Origin: an uncultured cyanobacterium
Lineage (GTDB): Bacteria > Cyanobacteriota > Cyanobacteriia > Cyanobacteriales > CAWCAG01
Direction: 5' to 3'
DNA length: 64,000 nt
NCBI GenBank assembly: GCA_963793425.1
Contig: CAWCAG010000005.1
Span: 928,001 to 992,000 of the forward strand
In this document: piece after piece, positions 41,663-52,026 of the stretch
How the letters are laid out: every line of letters starts with the position of its first letter
How positions within the stretch are numbered: position 1 is the first letter of the stretch
Position numbers and translations under genes: made by a program
Notes under the pieces: generated by a model
The model's input: the letters and a program-made list of their open reading frames with translations, nothing else
Database searches by the model: none
What the model was told of the DNA's origin: nothing

Positions 41663-42910
41663 CTAGCCAACTAGGGAAGGAGATAGCATTTTCTTACTTT
41701 TATTAATAGAACGAATTTTTCCTTGTTTGGGTAAATGAACAGTGAAAGTTGTACCAACCCCAACTTCACTTTCTACATTAATTTCTCCTTCGTGAAGTTC
41801 TACACACTTCTGAGCAATAGACAATCCTAGACCTGTACCTTGAATCGTACCGACGTTACTGGCACGGTGAAAAGAGGAAAAGAGATTAGCTTGATCTTCA
41901 CTAGGAATGCCAATACCTTGATCAGTAACTTTTAAGGTAACTTGAGTAGGTTCCCCAACAAGCTGAAGAGAAACTAAACCCCCTTCAGGAGAATATTTAA
42001 GAGCGTTGGAGAGGAGATTTGTGATAAGCTGCCCTAAAAGCTTAGTATCAGCATAAAAGTCTTGGCAGTCCCCTTCACCTTGGTGAACAAATTCAATACG
42101 AGAAGAAGTGCTAGAGTTGGGTTGCATCTCCTCCACAATTTCGCGAGAAAAAGCGACTAAATCTACTGCTTGGGGACTAAACTTAAGTTTCTCAAATTCA
42201 GCTTGGTTAATGAAGAGTACATCATTAACTAAAGCAGTAAGGCTTTGTACTGCCTTTTGGATACGGTGGAAATATTTGCTTTGTTTCTCCTCATTTAACT
42301 TATGACGATAGACTTGGAGCAATTCCGCAGCAGAGTTAATTACTGTTAAAGGAGTGCGATACTCATGAGAAATTGTACTAATAATTCGTGATTTGAGTTC
42401 GCTTAACTTTCTTTCTGCGGTTAGGGCTTCTTGTAATTGAGCATCTTTAGCTTGCAACTCTTCAACTGCTTTTTGTAATTCGGCAGTACGTTGTTCAACA
42501 CGTTGATCCAGCTCCAAAAATATTTGTTGACGTTGCAGAGCATAGCGAATTGCTCTAGTAAGTAGATGACTTTTAAAATGACCTTTAACTAAATAATCCT
42601 GAGCGCCTTCTTGCATTGCTGCCACAGCAATTTCTTCATTATCCATACCACTAAGAATAATTGTTGGTATTTGCGGAAATGAAGCATGAAGAGTACGGAA
42701 GGTTTGTAAGCCTTGCTCATCAGGTAAAGACAAGTCTGTAAGGATCAAATCAATTCCCCCTTGAGAAATGCGTTCTACACCAGCTTGTAGGGTTTCCACA
42801 TTTTCTAGGGTGACAGAGAATTGTTGAGCGCGTTCTAAATACTCCTCAATTAGATCCACATCTTCGATGTCATCTTCAATTAGGAGAAGTTTTGTGATTG
42901 AACTTGACAT
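41663..42910 (-). CDS. Hybrid response regulator-histidine kinase (REC-HisKA-HATPase)
   Basis: IEDD / DLSLPD / YLVK; ISHEYRTPL; NALKY, DQGIGI, GTGLGL. Confidence 0.92.
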   Translation of the reverse strand: MSSSITKLLLIEDDIEDVDLIEEYLERAQQFSVTLENVETLQAGVERISQGGIDLILTDLSLPDEQGLQTFRTLHASFPQIPTIILSGMDNEEIAVAAMQEGAQDYLVKGHFKSHLLTRAIRYALQRQQIFLELDQRVEQRTAELQKAVEELQAKDAQLQEALTAERKLSELKSRIISTISHEYRTPLTVINSAAELLQVYRHKLNEEKQSKYFHRIQKAVQSLTALVNDVLFINQAEFEKLKFSPQAVDLVAFSREIVEEMQPNSSTSSRIEFVHQGEGDCQDFYADTKLLGQLITNLLSNALKYSPEGGLVSLQLVGEPTQVTLKVTDQGIGIPSEDQANLFSSFHRASNVGTIQGTGLGLSIAQKCVELHEGEINVESEVGVGTTFTVHLPKQGKIRSINKSKKMLSPSLVG

Positions 42911-42963
42911 TCTTGCGACTTAAACAGTGAATACTACTACGTTATTCATTAATTTTTTACTCG

Positions 42964-43449
42964 TCAATGGGGAGGCAATTTAACAATAGTAAACCAAAAG
43001 CTTTCTATAGATTTAAGAATTCGCTCAAACTGCCTAATACCAACGGGTTTTTGGACATAACAGTTAGCTCCTAAGCGGTAACTTTTGAGGACATCTTCTT
43101 CTGCATCAGAGGTGGTAAGAATTACTACAGGAATATGCTGGATCGCCTCATTTTGCCTAATTTCTTGTAAAATTTCTTGCCCGCTCATACCAGGAAGATT
43201 GAGATCAAGCCAAATCAAATCTGGTAGTTCCTGTTCAACATATTCCCCTTGTTGATTAAGATAGGCAAGGGCTTCTTCTCCATCATGAACGACATTAAGC
43301 TTGACCATCACTTTGGATTGCGCTAAAGCTTCTTCTGTTAAATCTACATCTTCAGGATCATCTTCAATGAGGAGGACATTAATCATTTGGCTTGGCTTAA
43401 TTTGCATAACTGTTTGGTCTTGCTGTTGTGTATTTTCACACTGTGACAA
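42964..43449 (-). CDS. Single-domain response regulator, Rcp1-like
   Basis: LLIEDD, LDLNLP, VILTTS, GANCYVQKP, C-terminal FW. Confidence 0.9.
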   Translation of the reverse strand: MSQCENTQQQDQTVMQIKPSQMINVLLIEDDPEDVDLTEEALAQSKVMVKLNVVHDGEEALAYLNQQGEYVEQELPDLIWLDLNLPGMSGQEILQEIRQNEAIQHIPVVILTTSDAEEDVLKSYRLGANCYVQKPVGIRQFERILKSIESFWFTIVKLPPH

Positions 43450-43454
43450 CCATC

Positions 43455-43990
43455 TTATGAACTTTGAAGGGTGAAGTAAAAAGTTGTACCGTAGCCCGGT
43501 TTAAATTCCAGCCAAATTTCTCCCCCATGGCGCTCAACAATTTTTTTACAGACAGCTAAACCAATGCCTGTACCTGGGTATTTACTGCGGCCGTGAAGTC
43601 TTTGAAAAATTTCAAAAACTTTCTCGGTATGTTGGGGCTGAATGCCAATACCATTATCTGCTACGGAAATATAGCATTTTCCGGCTTTCTGCTCAGTTTT
43701 GATGGTCATAATCGGGTCTTGTTTAGCTCTAAACTTGATGTCATTGGCAATCAGGTTTTGTAATAGCTGAGAAATTTGCACTGGATGAGCAGAAACAATA
43801 AAGCAATCACCATCCGAAAAGGTACATCTTTGCGTTTACGCAGGAAATATAGCAAAGTTAGAGGAATTGAGTAATAAGCTAAAAAAATTAATGAGTCAGA
43901 AATGATGTGCAACCCAAGTAAACCAGGTTGCCACATATAGCAGTGACCGTGGGGGATGTAGTTGTTAGGAAAGAGGATGTTTTGGAACAT
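43455..43990 (-). pseudogene. Internally deleted membrane sensor histidine kinase
   Basis: The N-terminal PHGHC membrane domain (43990-~43800) is joined out of frame to a HATPase tail (43781-43455). HisKA is absent and the N box reads ANDIKF. Confidence 0.8.
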
Positions 43991-44031
43991 GATGGGGAGG
44001 TGGGGAGCTAGGGAGATAGACTGATCATTGA

Positions 44032-47000
44032 CTAGCCATTAACAGGTAGAGTGAAATAAAAGGTTGTTCCTTTTCCGAATTCTGATTTTAGCCAAATTTT
44101 GCCGCCGTGACGTTCGACGATTTTTTTGCAGATGGCTAAACCAATACCTGTACCTTCATATTTACTGCGACTGTGGAGTCTTTGAAATATTTCAAAGACT
44201 TGCTCGGTATATCTAGACTTGATCCCCACCCCATTATCAGCAATGGAAATCAACCATTCATTTTCTTTCTGTTGAGCTTTAATTTGAATTACGGGGGTTC
44301 CGTCCCCTTGAAATTTGATAGCATTGGCAACTAGGTTTTGTAGTAATTGGGTTATTTGTCCAGGATGGACTGAAATTGTGGGGAGGGGAGCGACGAGAAT
44401 TTGGGCTTTTGTTTGGGCGATCGCAACCCCTAAATCATCCCTAACTTGTTCTAGAATGCTATTCAAGTCTGTGGGTTTTCGGAGTAATTCGGTTCTATGT
44501 ACTCGCGAGTAGGTTAATAAGTCGGAGATGAGGTTTTGCATCCGAGTTGTTCCTTTAGTTAAGGCACTGATATATTTATCAGCTTTCTCATCTAACTGAC
44601 CTTGATATTTTTCTTCTAAGAGTTCCACATAGCTCTGAATTTTTCGTAGGGGTTCGCGCAAATCATGAGAAGCGATGTAAGCGAATTGTTCTAATTCTTG
44701 ATTGGAGTTGAGAAGTTCTTGATTAACTTGTTGTAGTTGATGGCGGGAATTAATCCGTTCTGTAATTACTTCAGTGAACATAATTATGCCACCGATTTCT
44801 CCCTGATTTTTGAACCAAGGATGAATTTCCCATCTCAGCCACTCTGTGCTGCCATCAGCCCTAACAAAGGAGTCTTCGTCGCATTTTTCTATTGCCCCAG
44901 CTAAACAGTGTTTGTGAATCTCTTGCCAACGTTGGGGAACAGACGGGAAAATTTCGTAGTGAGAACGACCAACAATATCTTCTCCATTTAAGTTATATTG
45001 AGCTAACCAATTTTTGCTATTCGCTAAATAGCACATCTGGACATCAAACATGGCGATGGCAATGGGAGCATTAGTGATAAATAGTCGCAGACGTTCTTCA
45101 CTTGCTTGTAACGCTAACTCAGCCTCTTTGCGCTTGGTAATATCGCGGATAATACCTAAAAAACCTAAACTATTTCCCTCATCATCTGTAACTTGGGAAC
45201 CTACAGTTTCACTAATAAACGAACTGCCATCTTTACGAGAATAAGTTACTTCATAGGGTAAAAGTTGATCTTCAGCGTTGAGGTGATAACGTTTTCTGCC
45301 CTGCTCTTGATAGTCTTCCTGGCTACTATACAGTACCGAACTATTCTGTCCAATTGCTTCAGAGGGTTTATAGCCAAAGAGTTTGGTAAAAGCAGAGTTA
45401 ACTTCAATAATTTTACGCTGGCTATTGACAAAAACTAAAGCATCGGGTACCGAACGCAAAATTGCTGCAACCTCAGCATTTTTAAGATGTAGAATTTCTT
45501 CTGCTTCCTGACGCTGTTGTATTTGAGTTTCTAAAGCAGCGGTTCTTACCTTAACTTTTTGTTCTAATTCTTCCTGGGTTTGTTTTAAGGAAGTAATATC
45601 TTTGGCTAAACCAACTAAGCCTAAAACTTCACCTTGGGCATTTCGATAAACATTTTTGCTAGTCAGGAAAACTTGAGTTTCCCCTGCAATAGTCAAAGTT
45701 TCTTCAATTTCTTCAGAGATTCCTGAATTAATAATTTTTTTGTCCTTGGCTTGGACTTCACCCAATATTTCTGGTGGAAAAAAGCTTGTATCATCTTGCC
45801 CCAACACTTCGGCAACAGTGCGATTGAGGATTTTTGCCCCAGGTTGATTAATAAACTGATAGCGTCCTTGAGTGTCTTTAACGAAAATGGCATCTGAGGT
45901 GGAATCAATGATGGTTTGCAAGAGATTATAACTAGCTGCTAAATCTGTTTCCACCTGCTTTTGCTGGCTTAAATTCCGGCTCACCGTAGAAAAATACTCC
46001 ACATCACCACTCTGGTTTTTGTGAGCAATAATCATTTGCGAAACAGGAATTTCCTTTCCTTGGCTAGTTTGTAAGGTATTTTCCCCAACCCATACCCCAT
46101 TTTGAACAGCAGTAGGTATACCAAGTTCAGTAATAATTTTCACTGTTGATTGAGGATGATAATCAAATATCTTTAATCGGGAAATATCAGCATCAGAAGT
46201 TAGCCCTAAAACCTTTCTACTTGAGGAGTTACTCCAGACAAGCTGACCCTCAGAATCAGCAAGGCTGATACAATCAGTAGAGGCTTCCAGAATAGAAATA
46301 AGACGCTGTTGTTGGGCTTCAACAAGCAGGCGCTGTTCAATTTCAGTGGTGAGATTCTCGATTATCCTTTTAAGGAGTGAAGTACGCCGCCTAACTTTAG
46401 TGTCGAGTTCTTGATTAAGCTGCTGTAAAGCTTCTTCGGCTTTTTTCAAATTACTAATATCCCGCCCTTCGGAAATAATCACCACAACTCTTCCTTCAGG
46501 ATTGAAAACAGGTTTTAAGGAAAAGTCAATGGTAACTACTTCGTCTTGCTTACCCAAAATCTCAACTTCATAACGAACAAACTCACCTTCATTAGCAGTT
46601 AGGATCGCCTTTCTAAGTTTTTCTTGGATGGCAGGAGATTTTTGCCACCATCGAACTTGCCAAAATGGTTGCCCCTGAATTTCTTCTAGCTTCAGTCCAC
46701 CAAAATCAAGGGCTACTTCATTGGCATCTAGCAAAATCCCTTGGGGAGAAATCATGGCGATGGATTGAAAAGTATGGGCAAAAAGTGCTTTATATTTACG
46801 TTCACTCCTTTGCAACTGTTCTACCTGGGCTTGGAGTTTTTGGTTACTATCAACCAAAGTGCCAAGACGTTCGTGAATTTGAGCTTGCTTTTGTTGAGAG
46901 CAAGATGGCTCTAGCACAGTGCCAGTAGCGATGAAGTACTCTATTTCTCCTTTGGGGCTAAAACAGGTTGAATTAGCCCAGGAAATAAGCTGTTTTTTAC

Positions 47001-47316
47001 CCTGTTTGCTTAACCAAAAGCTTTGATAATCTTGAACTTCTTTTTGATGGGCGATCGCCGCTGCAAAGATGTTTTGAGTTTTAGCAGCAGAATCAGGAGC
47101 AACCAGCTTCTCCCAAATCACTTCTCCAATCACCTCTGCTTTGCAGTAACCCGTCAATTGTTCACAATGACGATTGAAGTGAATAATGCGTCCTGTACAA
47201 TCTAAAACTAAGACCAAAGCATTAACACTATTTAAGAGGGTTCCAGTTAAATCTGCATTTCGCTTAACAGCCTCAAAAAGAGTAGCTGAAGAAGTTGTTA
47301 ATAACTCTTTGCTCAT
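44032..47316 (-). CDS. Multi-PAS sensor histidine kinase (Cph1-like kinase core)
   Basis: About six PAS/PAC repeats; FAYIASHDLREPLR; NAIKF, DNGVGI, FQRLH, GTGIGL. Confidence 0.92.
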   Translation of the reverse strand: MSKELLTTSSATLFEAVKRNADLTGTLLNSVNALVLVLDCTGRIIHFNRHCEQLTGYCKAEVIGEVIWEKLVAPDSAAKTQNIFAAAIAHQKEVQDYQSFWLSKQGKKQLISWANSTCFSPKGEIEYFIATGTVLEPSCSQQKQAQIHERLGTLVDSNQKLQAQVEQLQRSERKYKALFAHTFQSIAMISPQGILLDANEVALDFGGLKLEEIQGQPFWQVRWWQKSPAIQEKLRKAILTANEGEFVRYEVEILGKQDEVVTIDFSLKPVFNPEGRVVVIISEGRDISNLKKAEEALQQLNQELDTKVRRRTSLLKRIIENLTTEIEQRLLVEAQQQRLISILEASTDCISLADSEGQLVWSNSSSRKVLGLTSDADISRLKIFDYHPQSTVKIITELGIPTAVQNGVWVGENTLQTSQGKEIPVSQMIIAHKNQSGDVEYFSTVSRNLSQQKQVETDLAASYNLLQTIIDSTSDAIFVKDTQGRYQFINQPGAKILNRTVAEVLGQDDTSFFPPEILGEVQAKDKKIINSGISEEIEETLTIAGETQVFLTSKNVYRNAQGEVLGLVGLAKDITSLKQTQEELEQKVKVRTAALETQIQQRQEAEEILHLKNAEVAAILRSVPDALVFVNSQRKIIEVNSAFTKLFGYKPSEAIGQNSSVLYSSQEDYQEQGRKRYHLNAEDQLLPYEVTYSRKDGSSFISETVGSQVTDDEGNSLGFLGIIRDITKRKEAELALQASEERLRLFITNAPIAIAMFDVQMCYLANSKNWLAQYNLNGEDIVGRSHYEIFPSVPQRWQEIHKHCLAGAIEKCDEDSFVRADGSTEWLRWEIHPWFKNQGEIGGIIMFTEVITERINSRHQLQQVNQELLNSNQELEQFAYIASHDLREPLRKIQSYVELLEEKYQGQLDEKADKYISALTKGTTRMQNLISDLLTYSRVHRTELLRKPTDLNSILEQVRDDLGVAIAQTKAQILVAPLPTISVHPGQITQLLQNLVANAIKFQGDGTPVIQIKAQQKENEWLISIADNGVGIKSRYTEQVFEIFQRLHSRSKYEGTGIGLAICKKIVERHGGKIWLKSEFGKGTTFYFTLPVNG

Positions 47317-47488
47317 GAAGTTTTTTACCTAGCACCTACTGCACTCAATTACTAAGTGTTAGCTCCAGTTTGGTCTTTTTACTGGAAATGTGCAATCTGG
47401 TATAAATACGTAAATACTTTTGAACTTCAGAACTTACCAGCAAGCACAACTTCTTTTACTAGCTGCCTTGTCTCTCTAATTATTTTAA

Positions 47489-47898
47489 GGAGAGAGTTGG
47501 ACATAAGCCGGGTTCTGTTCTTTTATTAGTTGCCTAACAAAAAGGGTAGTTATCTATCTGGGATATCTGTTACCAGACACCTCTAGCGGTTCACACATGA
47601 CGGAACTGGTAAAAGACCAACCATAGTTCCTTCGACCTTGCTTCCCACCGGGGTTTACCGAGCCAGCACTTCTCAATGCTGCTGGTGCGCTCTTACCGCA
47701 CCTTTGCACCCTTACCTCTTTCATGGATCATTAATCATTGACCATTAATCATTGAAAGAGGCGGTATGTTTCTGTGGCACTATCCTCACGGTCGCCCGCA
47801 CTGGAAGTTATCCAGCAAGTTTGGTCTTTCGGAAGCCCGGACTTTCCTCAGCATCTTTGCAAAAAAAAGTGCTGCAACCACCTACACCAGCTCTCTCC
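47489..47898 (-). ncRNA. rnpB: RNase P RNA (bacterial type A)
   Basis: Minus strand GAGGAAAGTCCGGGC...AGTGCCACAGAAA...ACAGAACCCGGCTTA; P1 pairing GGAGAGAGCTGG / CCAACTCTCTCC. Confidence 0.96.
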
Positions 47899-47930
47899 TA
47901 TTTATAAGTGTAATACTTTTGTCCCACTAT

Positions 47931-48016
47931 ATTGATCATTGGGCATTGATTAATGATCATTGATCATTGATCATTGTAGGGCTTGCCCTTGCCGTTAGGC
48001 ATCATTGATCATTGAT
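47931..48016. repeat. STRR tract (TGATCAT-type heptamers) interrupted by a small dispersed repeat
   Basis: (TGATCAT)n with insert GTAGGGCTTGCCCTTGCCGTTAGGC at about 47976-48000. Confidence 0.75.
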
Positions 48017-48026
48017 AACCAAGTAA

Positions 48027-49046
48027 ATGACAAACAAATCTTCTTTAAGAATCGCTCTCCCCAGTAAAGGAGCATTAGATAAAGGTACGAGAGAATTCCT
48101 TGGGGCTGCTGGTTTAAAAGTATCTCGTCCCAGTGAAAGACAATATGTCGGCAAAATTCCGGCCATACCAGATATATTTTTACTTTTCCAAAGAGCAGCA
48201 GATATCTTCCGTAAGGTGGAAGAAGGCAGCGCCGACTTAGGCATTACTGGCTACGATGTTGTTTGTGAAGAAGGACAGGATCATGATGATGTGGTGGTGA
48301 TTAGCGATCGCCTGGGTTACGGCAAATGTGAGTTGGTTTTGGCTGTTCCTGATAGCTGGATTGATGTTGCTTCTATTGAAGATTTAGCGGATCTGACTTT
48401 ACTATTTAGAGAAAAGGGTAAAGAGTTAAGAATTGCCACCAAATATACTAACCTGACCCGTAAATGGTTGTACCAAAAGCGGGTAGTCCATTTTTCTTTA
48501 GTAGAAGCCCACGGAGCCTTAGAAGCTGCACCTCGCATGGGTTATGCTGATATGATTGTTGATGTGACTTCCACCGGGACAACCTTAAGGGAAAATCATC
48601 TTAAACGCTTGACTGGCGGTACTCTTTTGAATTCCCAAGCTTGTTTAATTGCCAATAAAAGACTTTTAAAAGAAGATCCTCACAAGTTAGAGATAACCAA
48701 GCAAATTTTAGAATTAATTGAAGCTGAACAGGAAGCAAATAAATATCTTTCTATTACAGCGAATGTACAAGGGAATTCAGCCGATGAAATTGGCAAACGC
48801 TTAGTAGAAAATCAACAACAAGTGGGCTTAACAGGATTGCGTGGTCCCACTGTAGCTAAGGTGTATTCCGATGCAGGAGATAATTGGTATGCCGTAACCA
48901 TTGTGGTTAAGCAAGAAATTTTGTTATCAGCAGTAGAGCATTTGAGAAGTATTGGCGGCAGAGATATTACTGTTATCTCACCTAATTACATCTTTGGTAA
49001 AAACTCTCTGGTTTATCAAGATTTTGAGTCCAAGTTATTCAACTAA
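48027..49046 (+). CDS. hisG: ATP phosphoribosyltransferase, long form
   Basis: RIALPSKG, DLGITG.D, RIATKY, GALEAAP, DVTSTGTTLREN; C-terminal regulatory domain GLRGPTVAKV. Confidence 0.93.
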   Translation: MTNKSSLRIALPSKGALDKGTREFLGAAGLKVSRPSERQYVGKIPAIPDIFLLFQRAADIFRKVEEGSADLGITGYDVVCEEGQDHDDVVVISDRLGYGKCELVLAVPDSWIDVASIEDLADLTLLFREKGKELRIATKYTNLTRKWLYQKRVVHFSLVEAHGALEAAPRMGYADMIVDVTSTGTTLRENHLKRLTGGTLLNSQACLIANKRLLKEDPHKLEITKQILELIEAEQEANKYLSITANVQGNSADEIGKRLVENQQQVGLTGLRGPTVAKVYSDAGDNWYAVTIVVKQEILLSAVEHLRSIGGRDITVISPNYIFGKNSLVYQDFESKLFN

Positions 49047-49160
49047 AACAATGTATATAAAAAATTGCTAATGGCTAATGGCTAATCGCTAGTTGCTAAT
49101 AGTTTTCACCCATTTCCCAAGCTCCTTAGCTACCCATCTCCCTAGCCACCCATCTGCTCG

Positions 49161-49937
49161 TCAATTTTCCCAATCTTCAATAATTTTATCTAGATCAATA
49201 CCTTTTTCTAATAAACAAGCATGACCGCTTTCTGGCAAAATCATTACCTGGCCATTAGGAAGATGGCTAGCTAAATATTGGGCTTCTTTGACAGAAGGCA
49301 ACAACTGATCTGCAGCCCCCGCTACTATTAGTACTGGTTGTTGGAGAAGACGTAAGTTATCAACATTGGTTCTGAAGTCTCTCAATAAAGATAGTCGCCA
49401 AGATACGGTTTGAGGTGGTAGAGATTTCATGGCCTCTGTTAGGTCATACCTGTTTTGAGAAGTGACTTTACGGAAAACAATTAAAAAAGGTAATAAAATC
49501 AGTACAGACTGTCGATAGAGAAACTCTGGCATTGACTGAACTAGTTGTATGCCCCAACTTAAGAAAGGCTTTTTTAAGAAAGACGAGGCGCAGTTGACTA
49601 AAATAATTTTCTCAAACAGTTGAGGTTCCCTCAGAGCAACTTTAAGAGCTAAACAGCCTCCAAAAGATTCCCCACAGAGATAAATGGAGCGTTGAGGATG
49701 TTGTTGCAACTCTTGCTTAACTAAGTTAAGTAATTGACTACTCAGGATTTCCCAGTCATTAAGGTCATCCCCTGGGATCACGAGACAGCGTACATCAAAA
49801 CGCTTAGTTAAATTTCCTAGTTGCCCTCGTAATAGCTTGCCTGTACCATCCATTCCTGGCAAATAGATAAACAAGGGATAGTTGGGCTGATGATTATTAG
49901 CAATTAAAAAGTGGGGAATTACTTTGTCTTGAAGCAT
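49161..49937 (-). CDS. Alpha/beta hydrolase
   Basis: LPGMDGTG, nucleophile elbow GESFG, D, SGH. Confidence 0.85.
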   Translation of the reverse strand: MLQDKVIPHFLIANNHQPNYPLFIYLPGMDGTGKLLRGQLGNLTKRFDVRCLVIPGDDLNDWEILSSQLLNLVKQELQQHPQRSIYLCGESFGGCLALKVALREPQLFEKIILVNCASSFLKKPFLSWGIQLVQSMPEFLYRQSVLILLPFLIVFRKVTSQNRYDLTEAMKSLPPQTVSWRLSLLRDFRTNVDNLRLLQQPVLIVAGAADQLLPSVKEAQYLASHLPNGQVMILPESGHACLLEKGIDLDKIIEDWEN

Positions 49938-50313
49938 ATTTCCTAATGGTTTTAAGAAAACTTAACTTTACTTTACCTTATTACCTATATTTCTCATTCT
50001 GATATCAGTGATTTTTCACTATCAATTAATACATTAGAATGCAGAAAATGCTCTTATAACACTTAATCTATTCTGACAAAAAGTGTATTTAATTGTTGTG
50101 GTCATGGTATATATACTCAGTCTCGTGCAACAAGATGATTAAGGAAAAATCGAGAAATGATTAAGTTTTTATAAAGGCAAACTGAAGCTTTTATGAGTTT
50201 ATATCGTCTACAGTAGTGACAAGAAAAGCTGAGCGGGACAAACTAAAAACTAAAATAGATTGTCATAACCCATTTAGAATACTTAAATTAGTGGGGGAAC
50301 TTTATATAGTTAG

Positions 50314-51924
50314 ATGAATAATACCAATCATATTAAAAAGAAATTTGCTGTAACTACGCCGTTATACTACGTCAATGATGTCCCTCATATTGGTAGTGCT
50401 TACACTACTATGATTGCTGATGTAATAGCACGTTTTGAGCGTTTGCAAGGCAATTCTGTTTTGTTAATTACAGGAACAGACGAACATGGGCAAAAAATTC
50501 AACGGACAGCAGAAGCTAAGGGGTTAGACCCCCAGGAGCATTGTGACCAAGTTGTTAATAATTTTCTTGATCTTTGGGAGCAATTGAATATCCAATGGGA
50601 TCGCTTTATTCGCACTAGCAATGAGGATCACCATAAAATTGTTAAAGAGTTTTTTGAACGAGTTAATAACAATGGAGACATTTATCTTGATCGGCAACAG
50701 GGTTGGTATTGTGTTTCTTGCGAAGAGTTCAAAGAAAAAAAAGACTTAGTTGAAGACGGCTTCTGTTCTATCCATACTAACAAAAAAGCTGAATGGCGAG
50801 ATGAAGAAAACTACTTTTTTCGTCTATCTAAGTATCAAAAGCAATTAGAAAAACTTTATCAAGATAGGCCGGATTTTATTCAGCCAGGAACCCGTCGTAA
50901 CGAAGTCCTGAGCTTTGTTAAGCAAGGTTTGAAAGATTTTTCTATTTCCCGTATTAACCTCGATTGGGGTTTTCCTCTTCCTAATGACCCTAAGCAGACA
51001 ATTTATGTTTGGTTTGATGCTCTTTTAGGTTATGTTAGCGCCTTAGTTGATCCGGATTTAGAACCAACCTTGGAGAATGCTATATCTAGTTGGTGGCCAA
51101 TTAATTTGCATCTAATTGGTAAAGATATTTTACGCTTTCATGCTGTTTATTGGCCTGCTATGTTGATGTCTGCTCAAATTTCTCTCCCTCAAAAAGTTTT
51201 TGCCCATGGCTTTCTTACTAAAGATGGTCAAAAAATGGGCAAAACTTTAGGTAATACTATAGATCCAGTCAATTTAATTGATAAATATGGCTCTGATGCG
51301 GTACGTTACTATTTTTTAAAAGAAGTAGAATTAGGACAAGATGGTGACTTCAATGAAAAACGCTTTGTTCAAGTTCTCAATGCCGATCTTGCTAATGATT
51401 TAGGCAACTTGCTTAATCGTACTTTAGGTATGGCAAAAAAATATTGCCAGAGCAAAGTGCCAACTCTATCTACCGAAGAGATTAACCAAGATAATACTCT
51501 AAAACTTTTGGGTGCAGATTTAGGGAATCGTGTCGCAAATGCTTATCAATCTTTAGCCTTTGTTCAAGCTTGTGAAGAAGTCTTTAAATTAATTCGTGCT
51601 AGTAATAAGTTTATTGATGAGCAAGCGCCTTGGAGGTTGTATAAAGAAGGAAAACAAAAGCAAGTCGAACAAGTATTGTACTCTGTACTAGAATCAATTA
51701 GACTAGCAGCTTATTTCCTTTCTCCTATTGTCCCTAATCTTAGTGGTGATATTTATAAACAACTAGGTTTTGACATTGACTTTAATAATTCAATTCTTGT
51801 CAATAGTTCTACTCCTTTTAACAAACACAGACAGTGGGGAATGCTTCCTGGCAACCAAAGCCTAAGCAAACCCCAGCCTATTTTTGCACGATTAGACCCT
51901 CTTGAGTCTTCCTCCTCTTCTTAA
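50314..51924 (+). CDS. metG: Methionine-tRNA ligase
   Basis: HIGS, GTDEHG, YVWFDAL, GKDI, KMGK. Confidence 0.96.
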   Translation: MNNTNHIKKKFAVTTPLYYVNDVPHIGSAYTTMIADVIARFERLQGNSVLLITGTDEHGQKIQRTAEAKGLDPQEHCDQVVNNFLDLWEQLNIQWDRFIRTSNEDHHKIVKEFFERVNNNGDIYLDRQQGWYCVSCEEFKEKKDLVEDGFCSIHTNKKAEWRDEENYFFRLSKYQKQLEKLYQDRPDFIQPGTRRNEVLSFVKQGLKDFSISRINLDWGFPLPNDPKQTIYVWFDALLGYVSALVDPDLEPTLENAISSWWPINLHLIGKDILRFHAVYWPAMLMSAQISLPQKVFAHGFLTKDGQKMGKTLGNTIDPVNLIDKYGSDAVRYYFLKEVELGQDGDFNEKRFVQVLNADLANDLGNLLNRTLGMAKKYCQSKVPTLSTEEINQDNTLKLLGADLGNRVANAYQSLAFVQACEEVFKLIRASNKFIDEQAPWRLYKEGKQKQVEQVLYSVLESIRLAAYFLSPIVPNLSGDIYKQLGFDIDFNNSILVNSSTPFNKHRQWGMLPGNQSLSKPQPIFARLDPLESSSSS

Positions 51925-52026
51925 ACAGAATATCTGCAATTATTCTATTTCAAGAAGACGAAGTTATGTAAACAAGGTTTTAAAACTAATTCAATCCCTT
52001 AAATAAAAAACGAGGAATTTAAAAAA

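Noticed and set aside
47766..47963. 65-aa plus-strand ORF
   Set aside because: Antisense to rnpB and running into the STRR tract
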